Shown in pieces: positions 46,635-56,299 of a stretch of DNA of 64,000 bases (positions are counted from its first letter, which is position 1; each line of letters opens with the position of its first letter). The DNA is from Candidatus Fermentibacterota bacterium. Lineage in GTDB: Bacteria > Fermentibacterota > Fermentibacteria > Fermentibacterales > JCC-6. Both the position numbers and the translations under genes were made by a program. The notes beneath the pieces are model-generated. The model worked only from the letters and a program-made list of their open reading frames with translations, was not told where the DNA came from and made no database searches. Location: the NCBI GenBank assembly GCA_963845085.1, contig CAWJQI010000004.1, positions 672,001 to 736,000 on the forward strand, written 5' to 3'.

Positions 46635-46645
46635 GCAGGCCTTTC

Positions 46646-47137
46646 TCAGCGCATCCCCGGGCAGGGTGGTGCCATGTCCCCCCCCGGGGGAACCATGAAA
46701 TGGTCCCGCTCTCCAGGCCTTCGTCCATGTTCCTCGACCATTTGCGTAAGCTCGTCGAGCTGGTCTGCTGTGAGCAGCGAATGGACCTCATCGAGCGCTG
46801 TCGACACGACTGAGTGCACCCTGCCCATCCTCTCAAGCCGCCCGTCCAGAAGCTCCATAAGCCCCGTCCCGCTGAATTCCGCAGAGCAGAAGTACTCCAT
46901 GAACCCCATTTGCTCATCGTCAGCGCTTTCGATCTCGAGCAGCCTGACCCCGGCATCCTCCATTATTCGGTGGATCCCGCTTCTCTGGGCATCGGACAGT
47001 TCGAGCCTCATCACTGCATGAATAAGCCCGTCCATTACCGGATGCCCGTGACCCTGCCCGAAACCGGGGGGCTGTGCCGATGCCCCGGAGGCAGCCAGCA
47101 GTACCGCTGCCGATGCCATCCACAGTGTTCCTTTCAC
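46646..47137 (-). CDS. Spy/CpxP-like periplasmic protein
   Basis: Signal peptide; LELSDAQ and LLTADQ (LTXXQ) motifs; His/Met-rich. Confidence 0.8.
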   Translation of the reverse strand: MKGTLWMASAAVLLAASGASAQPPGFGQGHGHPVMDGLIHAVMRLELSDAQRSGIHRIMEDAGVRLLEIESADDEQMGFMEYFCSAEFSGTGLMELLDGRLERMGRVHSVVSTALDEVHSLLTADQLDELTQMVEEHGRRPGERDHFMVPPGGDMAPPCPGMR

Positions 47138-47430
47138 AAAATCTCCTTTCATTCGACTGGCGCACTGGGAACATGGGGTCATGGTCATGCCGTCATGTTG
47201 CATCGATGTAACGGAATGTAACAGCCCGACTTTCCCCGAATTGCCGCATTCAGGGCCTTTTCTTATGGTACGGGGCGCAGCCGCTGAACAGGAGCAACCC
47301 CGGCGGGAAGGTTCGGATTGAGCACCGGAATCTTGTGGAAGGCATTCGCCGGGCTGTTCCCGCTTGAGGATTGCCTGTTCCCTGGTACTGGAGTTGTCTC
47401 AGGCACCCCGTTCGAAAGCGAAATTGATTG

Positions 47431-47943
47431 ATGACGGACGAACGGAGCTGGAAACCCAGGGTGTTCATCGACGCGGATGCATGCCCGGTGAAACAGGAGA
47501 TCTACCGGGTTTCGGCCAGGTACGATCTGATGGTGATCGTGGTATCCAACTCCTGGATGCGCATACCCGACTCGGGCAGGATCGAGCTTACGGTCGTGGA
47601 CAAGGGCGAGGGGGTCGCGGACGACTGGATCGCAGAGCGTTCAGGGCCGGGGGACATAGTCGTTACGGGTGACATACCCCTCGCATCGAGATGTTTGAAG
47701 AACGGCTCGTCGGTGCTCGGCAATACGGGAAGACCCTTCACCGAGGACAACATAGGTGATGTGCTCGCCACACGGAACCTTTTCGCCGACCTCAGGGAGC
47801 AGGGGATGTTGATAAGGGGTCCCTCCCCGATGAGCGGTCCCGACCGTTCGAGGTTTCTTCAGGCGCTCGATGTGCTTGTCAACAGGCTGATCCGGGAGGC
47901 TTCCCGGAGGGGCGGGGCGCCCATTGACAGGGGCGCCCCGTAG
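47431..47943 (+). CDS. YaiI/YqxD (UPF0178) family protein
   Basis: FIDADACPVK, ADDWI, DIVVTGDIPLA and FTEDNI motifs. Confidence 0.93.
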   Translation: MTDERSWKPRVFIDADACPVKQEIYRVSARYDLMVIVVSNSWMRIPDSGRIELTVVDKGEGVADDWIAERSGPGDIVVTGDIPLASRCLKNGSSVLGNTGRPFTEDNIGDVLATRNLFADLREQGMLIRGPSPMSGPDRSRFLQALDVLVNRLIREASRRGGAPIDRGAP

Positions 47944-47952
47944 GAAACCGGG

Positions 47953-49224
47953 TCAGAACGAGGCGGTCACCCCGAGCGCCACGAACGAAACGTTCTTTTC
48001 GTACTCATGACCGGTGAAGTTGCCGGCGCCCTCGCCGTCCTCGAGGAAGGCGTGCGCTGCGGACAGCACGATCCCGGTGCTCTCTGTCGCCGACCAGCGG
48101 ACACCGCCGCCGATCATGCCTGAATTAAGCATGTACTCGAAATCAGTGAAGGTCTCTGTGCTTCCGCCGTTATCGGCGTAGATGTAACCCATGCCGAGCT
48201 CCACACGGGGGCTCACCTTCCATTCTGCGCTGCAGCCGGCCTCCCAGCCGTCTTCGTACTCGTCGGAAAGGCCGTCATCAGAGCCCTGGTCGGCATCGCC
48301 GGTAAAGTAGACGTTGCCTGTGACACCGAGCGTCACGCCTGAACTGACGTCGAACTGCATGCCCAACCCCAGGACCGAAGGAAGGTCCCTGCGCTGAAGG
48401 GCACCGTCGGCGAGTTCGGGAAGCAGGGGGGCCCAGGTGTTCTGTTCGGTCTCGGCCTCCCATTCAAGCGGAGTGGCTGTCTCGTAACGCACTGCAACGT
48501 TCACCCTGTTCGACGGCATGTAGCTGAGGCCGATGATCCCGGCAAAGCCCGAAGCTTTCCGGGTGCAGTCAAGAACCGCCTCCGTTGAACCAACGACCGC
48601 TCCGGTGGAAAGGTCGACAATGGCGAAGTCTGCATTGGCCTCGTAATCCCTGACGCCGCTGGTGAGCCTGCCCGCCAGGGAGGCTGAAAGTGCGGGGGTG
48701 ATTGCGTACGATGCTCCCATCGTTCCGGCGTAGTATGCGGCGCCCGCTTTGATGTACCCGTCGGTCATGATCGCGGCAAAGCCTGTCCCGTACTGGGCCT
48801 GGACAAGGCCTGTCTGAAGCACCGGCATGATGGGAAGCCCGTCCTCGTACTCGAGCGTACCGCCGCCAGCAGGAACGGTAAAGGCGCCGAATGCCGCGAA
48901 ATCGCCGGTCCGGTACACCGCGTATACGTTGGGCAGGAATGATGTCGGTTTGGTCGTCTCGAATTCTGCGGCCTCCTCGGAACCCAGCGGCACTGCGGTG
49001 ACGACGTAGTCCTTGGCTATGTACTGGGTGCTCGCGTTCACATGGAAGCCCTCGGTCAGGTGAACAAGCCCTGCGGGGTTGTAAGAGACCAGGTCGGCAC
49101 CGTCTATCGCGGCGTTCCTCGCCACCGCCATGAAGTAATCGGCGCTCCGTCCGCCAAGGTAGTCGATATGCCCGGCAAAGGCTGCGGAAGCGAGCAACAG
49201 GACAAGTACGGTAACCCTTTTCAT
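47953..49224 (-). CDS. OmpP1/FadL-like outer membrane beta-barrel
   Basis: Signal peptide, YNPAGL motif, alternating beta strands, C-terminal F. Confidence 0.82.
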   Translation of the reverse strand: MKRVTVLVLLLASAAFAGHIDYLGGRSADYFMAVARNAAIDGADLVSYNPAGLVHLTEGFHVNASTQYIAKDYVVTAVPLGSEEAAEFETTKPTSFLPNVYAVYRTGDFAAFGAFTVPAGGGTLEYEDGLPIMPVLQTGLVQAQYGTGFAAIMTDGYIKAGAAYYAGTMGASYAITPALSASLAGRLTSGVRDYEANADFAIVDLSTGAVVGSTEAVLDCTRKASGFAGIIGLSYMPSNRVNVAVRYETATPLEWEAETEQNTWAPLLPELADGALQRRDLPSVLGLGMQFDVSSGVTLGVTGNVYFTGDADQGSDDGLSDEYEDGWEAGCSAEWKVSPRVELGMGYIYADNGGSTETFTDFEYMLNSGMIGGGVRWSATESTGIVLSAAHAFLEDGEGAGNFTGHEYEKNVSFVALGVTASF

Positions 49225-49249
49225 TCGATCCTCCCCTTTTGTTGGAACA

Positions 49250-50395
49250 TCAGAAATTCAGCAACACGATCCTCGGGTAGTCCAGCGGGTCCTCCTCGTA
49301 GGCGGCGATGCCGTACCGGGTGACGACAAACGTCCAGGAATTCATTTCGGAAGGCCCTTCCGCCAGGCAGAGCCACTCCCCGGTTTCGGGATTGAAAAGG
49401 TCGAAAAGGGGTCTGTCAGCGTGCCCCCTCCTGGCCCACAGCCTCCCCTCCCTGTCGAGACCGAGCGATGCCACGGCATAGTGGTACTCGGACGGCGAAT
49501 ACTCCTGGCCCGCCATGGCCCGTCCGCCCCTTCCCATTGCCAGCATCTGCGCGCGTCGCTGCTCGAAAAGTTCGGTTTCTCCGGCCAGTTCCTCGGGTGT
49601 TTTTCGCACCGGCGAGTAGCCGGGTCTTTCGAGCGTGGTCCGGCTGTTTCCTTCCGCGTCGTAGACCATTATCCCGTAACGCTCCCATTCGAGGGGAGCA
49701 TAGAAAACAAGCGAGCCGGAAATCTCCATCGGGGGATCCGGCTCCATGAACCTGGCGGCCATGTCGTCGGGGTCGAAACGGCTCCACTCCTCGATGAAAA
49801 CCACTGCGGGCCGGGCACTTTCGGGACTCCACGCGGCCAGTGACTCCCCCGTTCTTCCCTGTTCGCGGTCGAAGAGACCCTGGTGGCCAACGATCATTCC
49901 ATCGCCGCCGTCGATTATGAAAGGAGCACGGGGGCTGAATCCCGCCAGGGTTCGCACGAACCCGGTATCGGCATCGAAAAAGTCGAACTCGGATGCACGC
50001 GGGTCGGTGACAACAACGAGGCCTTCATCCAGAACGGCAATGTCACCCGGGCTTAAAAACTCGCCGGGAGCTTCACCGGGCCCGCCGTATTCAGACATGT
50101 ATTCACCCCCCGGTGAATACACCCGAAGCGTCTGGCTGTTTGCATCGAGGACAAGAAGGCGCCCGTCCGGCAGAAACTCGACCGATGCGATCACCCCGAA
50201 AACGTATCTCGCATCTCCAAGTTCAATGCCCACCGAATCGACCGGGACAAGGGAGACCGAGGCAATCTCACCGGAGTCGGGGCCTGCTCCGCCGCAGCCC
50301 GCTGCAAGAACAAGAAGGGTCATGACTAAAGCCCGTTCAAGCGGCTGCACGGGCAGTCGCACGAAAGACCGGGAGGCCGGTATGAATCGTGTCAA
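49250..50395 (-). CDS. 6-bladed beta-propeller (TolB/NHL-like) lipoprotein
   Basis: AAGC lipobox; GGPGEAPGEF and DREGRLW motifs. Confidence 0.82.
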   Translation of the reverse strand: MTRFIPASRSFVRLPVQPLERALVMTLLVLAAGCGGAGPDSGEIASVSLVPVDSVGIELGDARYVFGVIASVEFLPDGRLLVLDANSQTLRVYSPGGEYMSEYGGPGEAPGEFLSPGDIAVLDEGLVVVTDPRASEFDFFDADTGFVRTLAGFSPRAPFIIDGGDGMIVGHQGLFDREQGRTGESLAAWSPESARPAVVFIEEWSRFDPDDMAARFMEPDPPMEISGSLVFYAPLEWERYGIMVYDAEGNSRTTLERPGYSPVRKTPEELAGETELFEQRRAQMLAMGRGGRAMAGQEYSPSEYHYAVASLGLDREGRLWARRGHADRPLFDLFNPETGEWLCLAEGPSEMNSWTFVVTRYGIAAYEEDPLDYPRIVLLNF

Positions 50396-51756
50396 TTCCG
50401 CCCAGCCGGAATTCTGTTGAGAAGCTCTGCCACGAGGCTGTCTGCAACGATTTCGTCTGCTGCCGGCGTCATGTGGGCTCCGGAGTAGTCGCTGTAGACT
50501 GTCTCGGAAACACCGTCGAAAATGCCGGAAAAGGTCAGGAACTGCGCGGAGTCGGCCACGCTCAGCTCAAAAAGGTCGTATGTGGCGGTGTACAGCTCCT
50601 TGAAGGCGGGGTCGCCCCCTGCGAGAAAGAACTCGAAACCCCCCTCGAAAATTTCCTGTTCAGACTCGGTCAGAACCTTGTTTCCAGTCCAGATACTCGG
50701 CTGCAGCACGAAAAGGCAGGTGAAATCAAGCTGTTCCGCAAGCGCTGTAACGATCCTGCTGTTTCCCAGATAGGTGTCGACTATGTCGGAGGCCAGAACT
50801 TCCGCAGGCACACCCATCGTACGGAAGGTCTGCAGGTCGGCCACCCTCGATGAACGACGGTCCAGGTTCCCCCGCAGAGCCGAGATGAGAATGTATGTGT
50901 TTGTTCTTTGAAAAAGCGCCTGAAGCGGCGGAGTGGTCGTGAACGCTTCGGGACGGCCTTCGACCCGGGCTGCTATCTGCATCTGCGAGTGGTGCCCGCC
51001 GGCCCTTCCCGATTCATACCCTCCCCAGATGTCGTTGAAGCCGTCAAAGTAAACGACCGCATCGGGAACGTTGCCGCTCCTTATCTGGATGATGAGCTCG
51101 ATCACTTCCTGGGTGGAGGAGTGGGCGATCTGACCGAAGTTGTACACCGCGACCGGAACCCCGAGCCTTTCTGTGAGTTTCTGCTGGACAAAACTGGCAA
51201 TGGTGTTGCTGTCGGAAAGATTCACTCCCCACATGGCCGATCCTCCGAAGAGGAACACCTTGAAAGCCCCGGGATCGGCGGAAGCTCCGGGAGTAACCCT
51301 GTACCCCTCTTCCGAAACCGTAACGGTATCGCTGTTGAGAAGAGGATTTGACCGCCATACCACGAACGGCGCGTAGACACCCTGCACCACTGCTGCTTCG
51401 ACTGTTTCCAGGTGGCCTTCCCTCAATTTTCTAAGATGGGTCTGCAGGATGCCGGGCGGCGCTATCTTCATGAAGGCGATTGAGAAAAGCTCGAGAAGCA
51501 CCAGTGCCACTGCTGCATTCAGCAGGATCAGGGCCACGCCTTTGTAGAAACCGGGGAACCGTCTGCCGAGAATGGCGGCGAAGATAAGAAACCCCCCCGC
51601 TGCGCAGAATCCGATCTGGTTTCTGCTGAATCCCGATCCAACACTCATGCCGGTCCGATCGGCAAAAACCGCGAGGATTACAAGAACCACTCCGAAAACT
51701 GCCGCGGTCAGCCTGAGAAGGCCCACCGCATTGTCGCTCATTTCCGTTCTGCCCAT
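50392..51756 (-). CDS. Membrane-anchored SGNH/GDSL hydrolase family protein
   Basis: Three N-terminal TM segments; FGGSAMWG, NFGQ, DGFND and D...HMT motifs. Confidence 0.8.
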   Translation of the reverse strand: MGRTEMSDNAVGLLRLTAAVFGVVLVILAVFADRTGMSVGSGFSRNQIGFCAAGGFLIFAAILGRRFPGFYKGVALILLNAAVALVLLELFSIAFMKIAPPGILQTHLRKLREGHLETVEAAVVQGVYAPFVVWRSNPLLNSDTVTVSEEGYRVTPGASADPGAFKVFLFGGSAMWGVNLSDSNTIASFVQQKLTERLGVPVAVYNFGQIAHSSTQEVIELIIQIRSGNVPDAVVYFDGFNDIWGGYESGRAGGHHSQMQIAARVEGRPEAFTTTPPLQALFQRTNTYILISALRGNLDRRSSRVADLQTFRTMGVPAEVLASDIVDTYLGNSRIVTALAEQLDFTCLFVLQPSIWTGNKVLTESEQEIFEGGFEFFLAGGDPAFKELYTATYDLFELSVADSAQFLTFSGIFDGVSETVYSDYSGAHMTPAADEIVADSLVAELLNRIPAGRN

Positions 51757-51924
51757 GTGAATCCCTCTCATGAATGAGCCGGGAGGCGTGCATGACATGA
51801 GCGGAAACCTATCCCGAAAGCGCCGGGCGGACAAGTGGGCGGAGGGACGGAAATCTGCTGACAGAAGCGCAATACAGCCTTGCACGAGCCGTTCATGTTT
51901 GGTATAGCTTCACCGTTCGGCCGC

Positions 51925-52019
51925 TTCCCGACCCCGGCTTCCTGTAGCACAGTGCCATGGAGCCCGGGGCGACAGGGTTGTACGGGAAACTGTACAGCCT
52001 CCCGTGTTTGGAAAGGGAA
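51925..52019 (+). ncRNA. Moco RNA motif riboswitch, P3-less (tungsten cofactor, Tuco) variant
   Basis: P1 TTCCC/GGGAA; P2 CCCCGG...CCGGGG; P4 AGGGTTGTACGG-GAAA-CTGTACAGCCT; conserved CCTCCCGTGTTTGGAAAGG; lies upstream of tupA. Confidence 0.88.
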
Positions 52020-52114
52020 AGGACGCCGCATTTGCATCACCCCGTACCGGGGGTGGCGTGTATTCCCCTCCAATTAGTGAGCCTGCGGTCGGGTTCATAA
52101 CCAGAAGGAGGGAT

Positions 52115-53017
52115 ATGTTTTCGAAGCTGAGGTTGATCAGCCTGGCGCTGAGTCTGGCATTTCTTCTCACGGGGTGCGGAGAACAACCCGCACCGGTCAC
52201 CACCCCTGCAGATTCCACTGCGGTTACGGAAGAGCCTGTTGGGTATCCCCCGCGCGAACGGGTTGAAAGGCTTCTCATCGCAACCACGACAAGCCTGTAC
52301 GACACCGGGCTCTGGGCCTACATGGAGCCGATGTTCGAAGAGATGTACAACGTCGAGCTCGACATTCTCTATGCCGGAACGGGCAAAGCCCTGGAGTGGG
52401 GCATGAGGGGCGACGTTGATGTGATAGTCGTGCACGACCGCGCCCGCGAGGACCAGTTCATCGCAGACGGTTACGGTGTTTCCCGCACACCGTTCGCGTA
52501 CAACTTCTTCGTCATCGTCGGTCCCCCGGATGATCCCGCCGGCATCCGTGACATGGCGCCCGAGGCCGCCCTTGCCCTGCTCAGCACGAACATGACCACC
52601 CCCTTCATCTCGAGGGGCGACGAATCGGGCACGCACGCACAGGAACAGCGCCTCTGGGCTGCCGCCGGTCTTGATTATGAAACCGTGCGCACTTCCGGCG
52701 AGTGGTATGTCGAGGCTGCCGCGGGCATGGGCCCCACACTCAACATGGCCAACGAGATGAGGGCTTACGCCCTTGCCGACATCGCCACATTCCTCGCCTA
52801 CCAGGGTGACGTCGACCTCGAGATACTCATCGGCGAAGGCGACGTCATGCGCAATGTCTACGCGGTCATCCCTCTCAATACCGCAAGAAACCCGGAGATG
52901 GCCCAGAACATGGTCACCTTCCTGACATCCCCGGAGACCCAGGAACTCATCGGCACCTACGGCGTTGAGGCCTGGGGCAGGCAGCTCTTCACCCCCTGCG
53001 CGGGCGAAGACCTGTAG
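52115..53017 (+). CDS. tupA: Tungstate ABC transporter substrate-binding lipoprotein
   Basis: LTGC lipobox; ATTTSLYDTGL (TTTS signature), GTGKAL and SRGDESGTH motifs. Confidence 0.93.
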   Translation: MFSKLRLISLALSLAFLLTGCGEQPAPVTTPADSTAVTEEPVGYPPRERVERLLIATTTSLYDTGLWAYMEPMFEEMYNVELDILYAGTGKALEWGMRGDVDVIVVHDRAREDQFIADGYGVSRTPFAYNFFVIVGPPDDPAGIRDMAPEAALALLSTNMTTPFISRGDESGTHAQEQRLWAAAGLDYETVRTSGEWYVEAAAGMGPTLNMANEMRAYALADIATFLAYQGDVDLEILIGEGDVMRNVYAVIPLNTARNPEMAQNMVTFLTSPETQELIGTYGVEAWGRQLFTPCAGEDL

Positions 53018-53021
53018 TCCG

Positions 53022-53714
53022 ATGGACAAGCTGGCGGAAGCATTTGTCATCGCCCTGAAGATGATCGCGACCGGAGACCCTCTGGTCATGGAGATCACCT
53101 TCCGGACCCTGGCGATCTCCGCCAGCGCCACCATCATCGCCTGCATCCTCTTCACCCCGCTGGGATGCTTCCTCCACTTTGCTCGCTTTCCCGGCAGGGG
53201 GTTCCTGATCGGTTTCATACAGGCCCTCTACAGCATGCCGACCGTCTTTGCAGGCCTGATAATTTTCCTGTTCCTTTCGAGAACCGGCCCTCTCGGAGGG
53301 CTCAGGCTTCTGTTCACACCGCGTGCCATAGTAATCGCCGAGGTCTTTCTCGTCGCGCCCGTAATTCTCGGTCTTGTCATATCGGCGTTGAAGGGCGTCG
53401 CGGGTGAGGCGGCCGACACCGTGCGGGCTCTGGGCGCGAGCCCGATCCAGACCGCCCGGGTGGTTCTTGTCGAAGCGAGGTTCGCAATCCTCTCCGCTTT
53501 TCTCATGGGCTTCGGAAGGGCCATTTCGGAGGTCGGAGCCGCCATGATGGTGGGCGGAAACATAGCGGGCAGGACCCGGACCCTCACCACCGCCATCTCA
53601 CTGGGCATCGGGAAAGGCGAAGTGGCCGAATCGATAGCTCTCGGAATCATTCTGATGACCCTGGCTCTTCTTGTAAGCCTGCTCGTCCACCTGGCCGGAA
53701 TGAGAAAGACATGA
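53022..53714 (+). CDS. tupB: Tungstate ABC transporter permease
   Basis: LSRTGPLG..LLFTP and GFGRAISEVGAAMMVGGNIAGRTRTLTTAI motifs. Confidence 0.93.
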   Translation: MDKLAEAFVIALKMIATGDPLVMEITFRTLAISASATIIACILFTPLGCFLHFARFPGRGFLIGFIQALYSMPTVFAGLIIFLFLSRTGPLGGLRLLFTPRAIVIAEVFLVAPVILGLVISALKGVAGEAADTVRALGASPIQTARVVLVEARFAILSAFLMGFGRAISEVGAAMMVGGNIAGRTRTLTTAISLGIGKGEVAESIALGIILMTLALLVSLLVHLAGMRKT

Positions 53715-54760
53715 GGATCGACCTGCAGGGCATCACGAAGACGGTTGGATCGAAGCGCATCCTTTCCGATCTTTCGTTCCGGGTCGATCAGGGGGATTTC
53801 TGCACCCTGATCGGACCTACCGGATGCGGCAAGACAACACTTCTTCGAATTGCGGAGCTGTTGGACAGACCCACGTCCGGAAGGGTTCTCATTGACGGTG
53901 AGGACTGCACCCGCTGTCATGGCCGTTCCCGGACGATGATGAGACGAAGGATGTCCATGGTCATGCAGCGCCCCTTCATGCTCACGGGAACGCTCGAACG
54001 GAACATTCGGTTCGGCCCTGGCGTAAGGGGAATTCCGGTAAGTGCTGCCGAGATCGGTGAGGTCCTCGATGCCACAGGACTTTCGGGAATGGGGCACCGG
54101 AATGCCCGAACCCTCTCCGGAGGGGAAATGCAGAAGGCGGCCATTGCCAGGGCCGTGATAACGAAGCCCGAACTCCTTCTGCTCGATGAACCCCTCAATT
54201 CCGTGGATCAGGGATTCAAGCCGGAGCTCAGGGCGCTTATCAGAAGGCTTCACAGGGAGATGGGAATGACGGTGCTCATGGCAACCCACGATCTTGCCGA
54301 TGCGCTTGCCCTTTCAAACCGCACAGTGGTTCTTTCGGAAGGCGCGCTCATGCAGGAGGGGGAGACCTCCGCAGTCTTCGGAAACCCTGCAAGCCTTTTT
54401 GTCGCCTCGTTCATCGGAATGAAGAACATCATCCCGGTGGAGTTCAACGGCGACAGCGCAAAGGCCGGCGAACTGGTGATCTTCCTTGCGGAGAGGGGCT
54501 CAGGCACAGGGTATGTCTGCATTCCCCCCGAGGTCATCACCCTGTCCCCTGAAAAACCTGACTCAAGCCAGAGGAATACTTTCACGGCTTCCGTGACCGA
54601 CATTGAGAGAAGCTCAATGTACGACACGATCCATCTTCTGGCTGGCGGCATACCCCTTCAATCCACGATCACGCGCCAGTCAACCGGGCACCTCGGGCTG
54701 CACGCAGGCTCTGCAGTCTGGGTTTCCTTCAAGGCCACCTCGGTCAAAATACTGGCCTGA
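53711..54760 (+). CDS. tupC: Tungstate ABC transporter ATPase with TOBE domain
   Basis: GPTGCGKTT, LSGGE and LLDEP motifs; C-terminal ITRQS..LGL..FKA TOBE domain. Confidence 0.88.
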   Translation: MRIDLQGITKTVGSKRILSDLSFRVDQGDFCTLIGPTGCGKTTLLRIAELLDRPTSGRVLIDGEDCTRCHGRSRTMMRRRMSMVMQRPFMLTGTLERNIRFGPGVRGIPVSAAEIGEVLDATGLSGMGHRNARTLSGGEMQKAAIARAVITKPELLLLDEPLNSVDQGFKPELRALIRRLHREMGMTVLMATHDLADALALSNRTVVLSEGALMQEGETSAVFGNPASLFVASFIGMKNIIPVEFNGDSAKAGELVIFLAERGSGTGYVCIPPEVITLSPEKPDSSQRNTFTASVTDIERSSMYDTIHLLAGGIPLQSTITRQSTGHLGLHAGSAVWVSFKATSVKILA

Positions 54761-54784
54761 CCGGAAACCGGGCGCCCTGAAAGA

Positions 54785-55669
54785 TCAGCTCACGAGCATC
54801 GCCCGGGCCATCCTTCCATGAAGCCTTCCCACAAGACGTGCCAGGTGCAGCACTCCCATGAACATGACCGCGCCCGCAGCAACCACCGCCGGATACAGCC
54901 AGACGGGAATCCAGATTGCCCGGGGGTAGTCTATCACCGGTTCATGGAAGAGCAGCTCGATAACGGGCGAGACGATCATGCTGAGCGAAACGGCCGAAAG
55001 CGTCAGGAAGACCGAAAAGTACAGAGCTCCAAGGGGAAGCATCAACAGCATGTAGAGCACTGCGGACCAGGTGCTTCTCGTGGTGAAGACACCCCTGATG
55101 CTCCCCCACCAGCCATCGCCCTTTCTGATGAACACCGCTCTGCGCGGCATGCGGACCCCGAGCAGTGCCTCGACGATCCTTCCCTCAACGAGAGCAAGCC
55201 CGCGGAAGGAAAGGAAAAAAAGCCATGCCACGGGAACACCGATGATAAGTACGAGAAGGCTCAGGGAAAGCGACAGGCCGTTCGCCGTCCAGGTGAAGTA
55301 AAGAATGCCCGTCACCATGGAAATTATCATGTAAAGGAAAGCTGCCCAAGCGGAAGGTTCTGTTACAACCCCCGCGAACCTGTGCAGGCCGGATCTCCCC
55401 ATCCTTCTTTTCGAGCCTGAGAGCGAGGGAATGGTGTACGCCTCGACCTTCCTGTAGTTCTCAGCCACCTCTGCCGGGCTGCCGTAGCTTTCGATTACCT
55501 TCCTGAGCGCTTCCTCCGCAGTCATCGAGGGCTGCCCGGCCTTCATCTCCTCAAGCCCGCTGACAAGGTGGTCTTCGGCGTCGGCAAGGGCGTCCTGAAC
55601 CAGCGCCTTGTCTATTCCTGCAAGCCTGCTGCGGAAGTCATCAAGATATTGCTCTATACCCTTAACCAT
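54785..55669 (-). CDS. HAAS-domain / putative sensor membrane protein, PadR partner
   Basis: IEQYLDDF...DAEDHL...YGSPAEVA followed by 4 TM segments. Confidence 0.8.
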   Translation of the reverse strand: MVKGIEQYLDDFRSRLAGIDKALVQDALADAEDHLVSGLEEMKAGQPSMTAEEALRKVIESYGSPAEVAENYRKVEAYTIPSLSGSKRRMGRSGLHRFAGVVTEPSAWAAFLYMIISMVTGILYFTWTANGLSLSLSLLVLIIGVPVAWLFFLSFRGLALVEGRIVEALLGVRMPRRAVFIRKGDGWWGSIRGVFTTRSTWSAVLYMLLMLPLGALYFSVFLTLSAVSLSMIVSPVIELLFHEPVIDYPRAIWIPVWLYPAVVAAGAVMFMGVLHLARLVGRLHGRMARAMLVS

Positions 55670-56066
55670 TCCTCGGACCTCCCAGCAACCCGTCGACAAA
55701 GACGGTTGTTTCATTCCAGATGCCCGCCCATCGGGCAAGCGTTTCACGACCGCGGTCGGTTATGGCGTAATACCTTCTTGGAGGACCGGCAACGGAGGGC
55801 GTAACGGTGCTCGAAAGAAGCCCGGCATCCTCGAGCGACCTGAGCACGGGATAAAGGGCTCCATGCTTCACGATCCTCGAACCTTCACCCCGCTCCTCCA
55901 TCAGCTTGGCGATGCTGTAACCGTAGAGGGGCTCCGATGCCCCGTCCATTATCCCGAGGAGGGCAAGCGCAGTTATACCCGCACTGAGCTCTTTCCTGAA
56001 CTTCCTGTCCTCGGATGGAATTTCATCCTCCCCCGCCAACGCGAAGGCAATCCCTGCATCCATCAT
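55662..56066 (-). CDS. PadR family transcriptional regulator
   Basis: YGYSIAK, GALYPVLRSLE and RRYYAITDRGR motifs. Confidence 0.93.
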   Translation of the reverse strand: MMDAGIAFALAGEDEIPSEDRKFRKELSAGITALALLGIMDGASEPLYGYSIAKLMEERGEGSRIVKHGALYPVLRSLEDAGLLSSTVTPSVAGPPRRYYAITDRGRETLARWAGIWNETTVFVDGLLGGPRNG

Positions 56067-56101
56067 TCGACCCGTCCTTTCAGTATGGTCGTCGCAGGTG
56101 G

Positions 56102-56138
56102 ATACTACTGCTCACTTAATACTATGTCAAGGTTAGTA
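56102..56138 (-). promoter_or_regulatory. padR promoter with a candidate operator
   Basis: TTGACA-17 bp-TAGTAT. The palindrome TACTA-N9-TAGTA (56120-56138) straddles the -35. Confidence 0.7.
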
Positions 56139-56190
56139 CGTCCGCTCTGCGGGGCTCCCCGCCCTGATCCGGCCGACCGCACCGAAACCA

Positions 56191-56219
56191 TTGACCGACT
56201 GACAATTCAGTGGTACACT
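56191..56219 (+). promoter_or_regulatory. Sigma70-like promoter of the RCC1-repeat gene
   Basis: TTGACC-17 bp-TACACT with an extended TG. Confidence 0.6.
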
Positions 56220-56299
56220 ATTCGCTGTGGGATCGAGTTCCTGTTTTTCCGGAGAGAATAAATCCTGAGTTCGCACTCGGGGAACGGGGGTTGATCACA

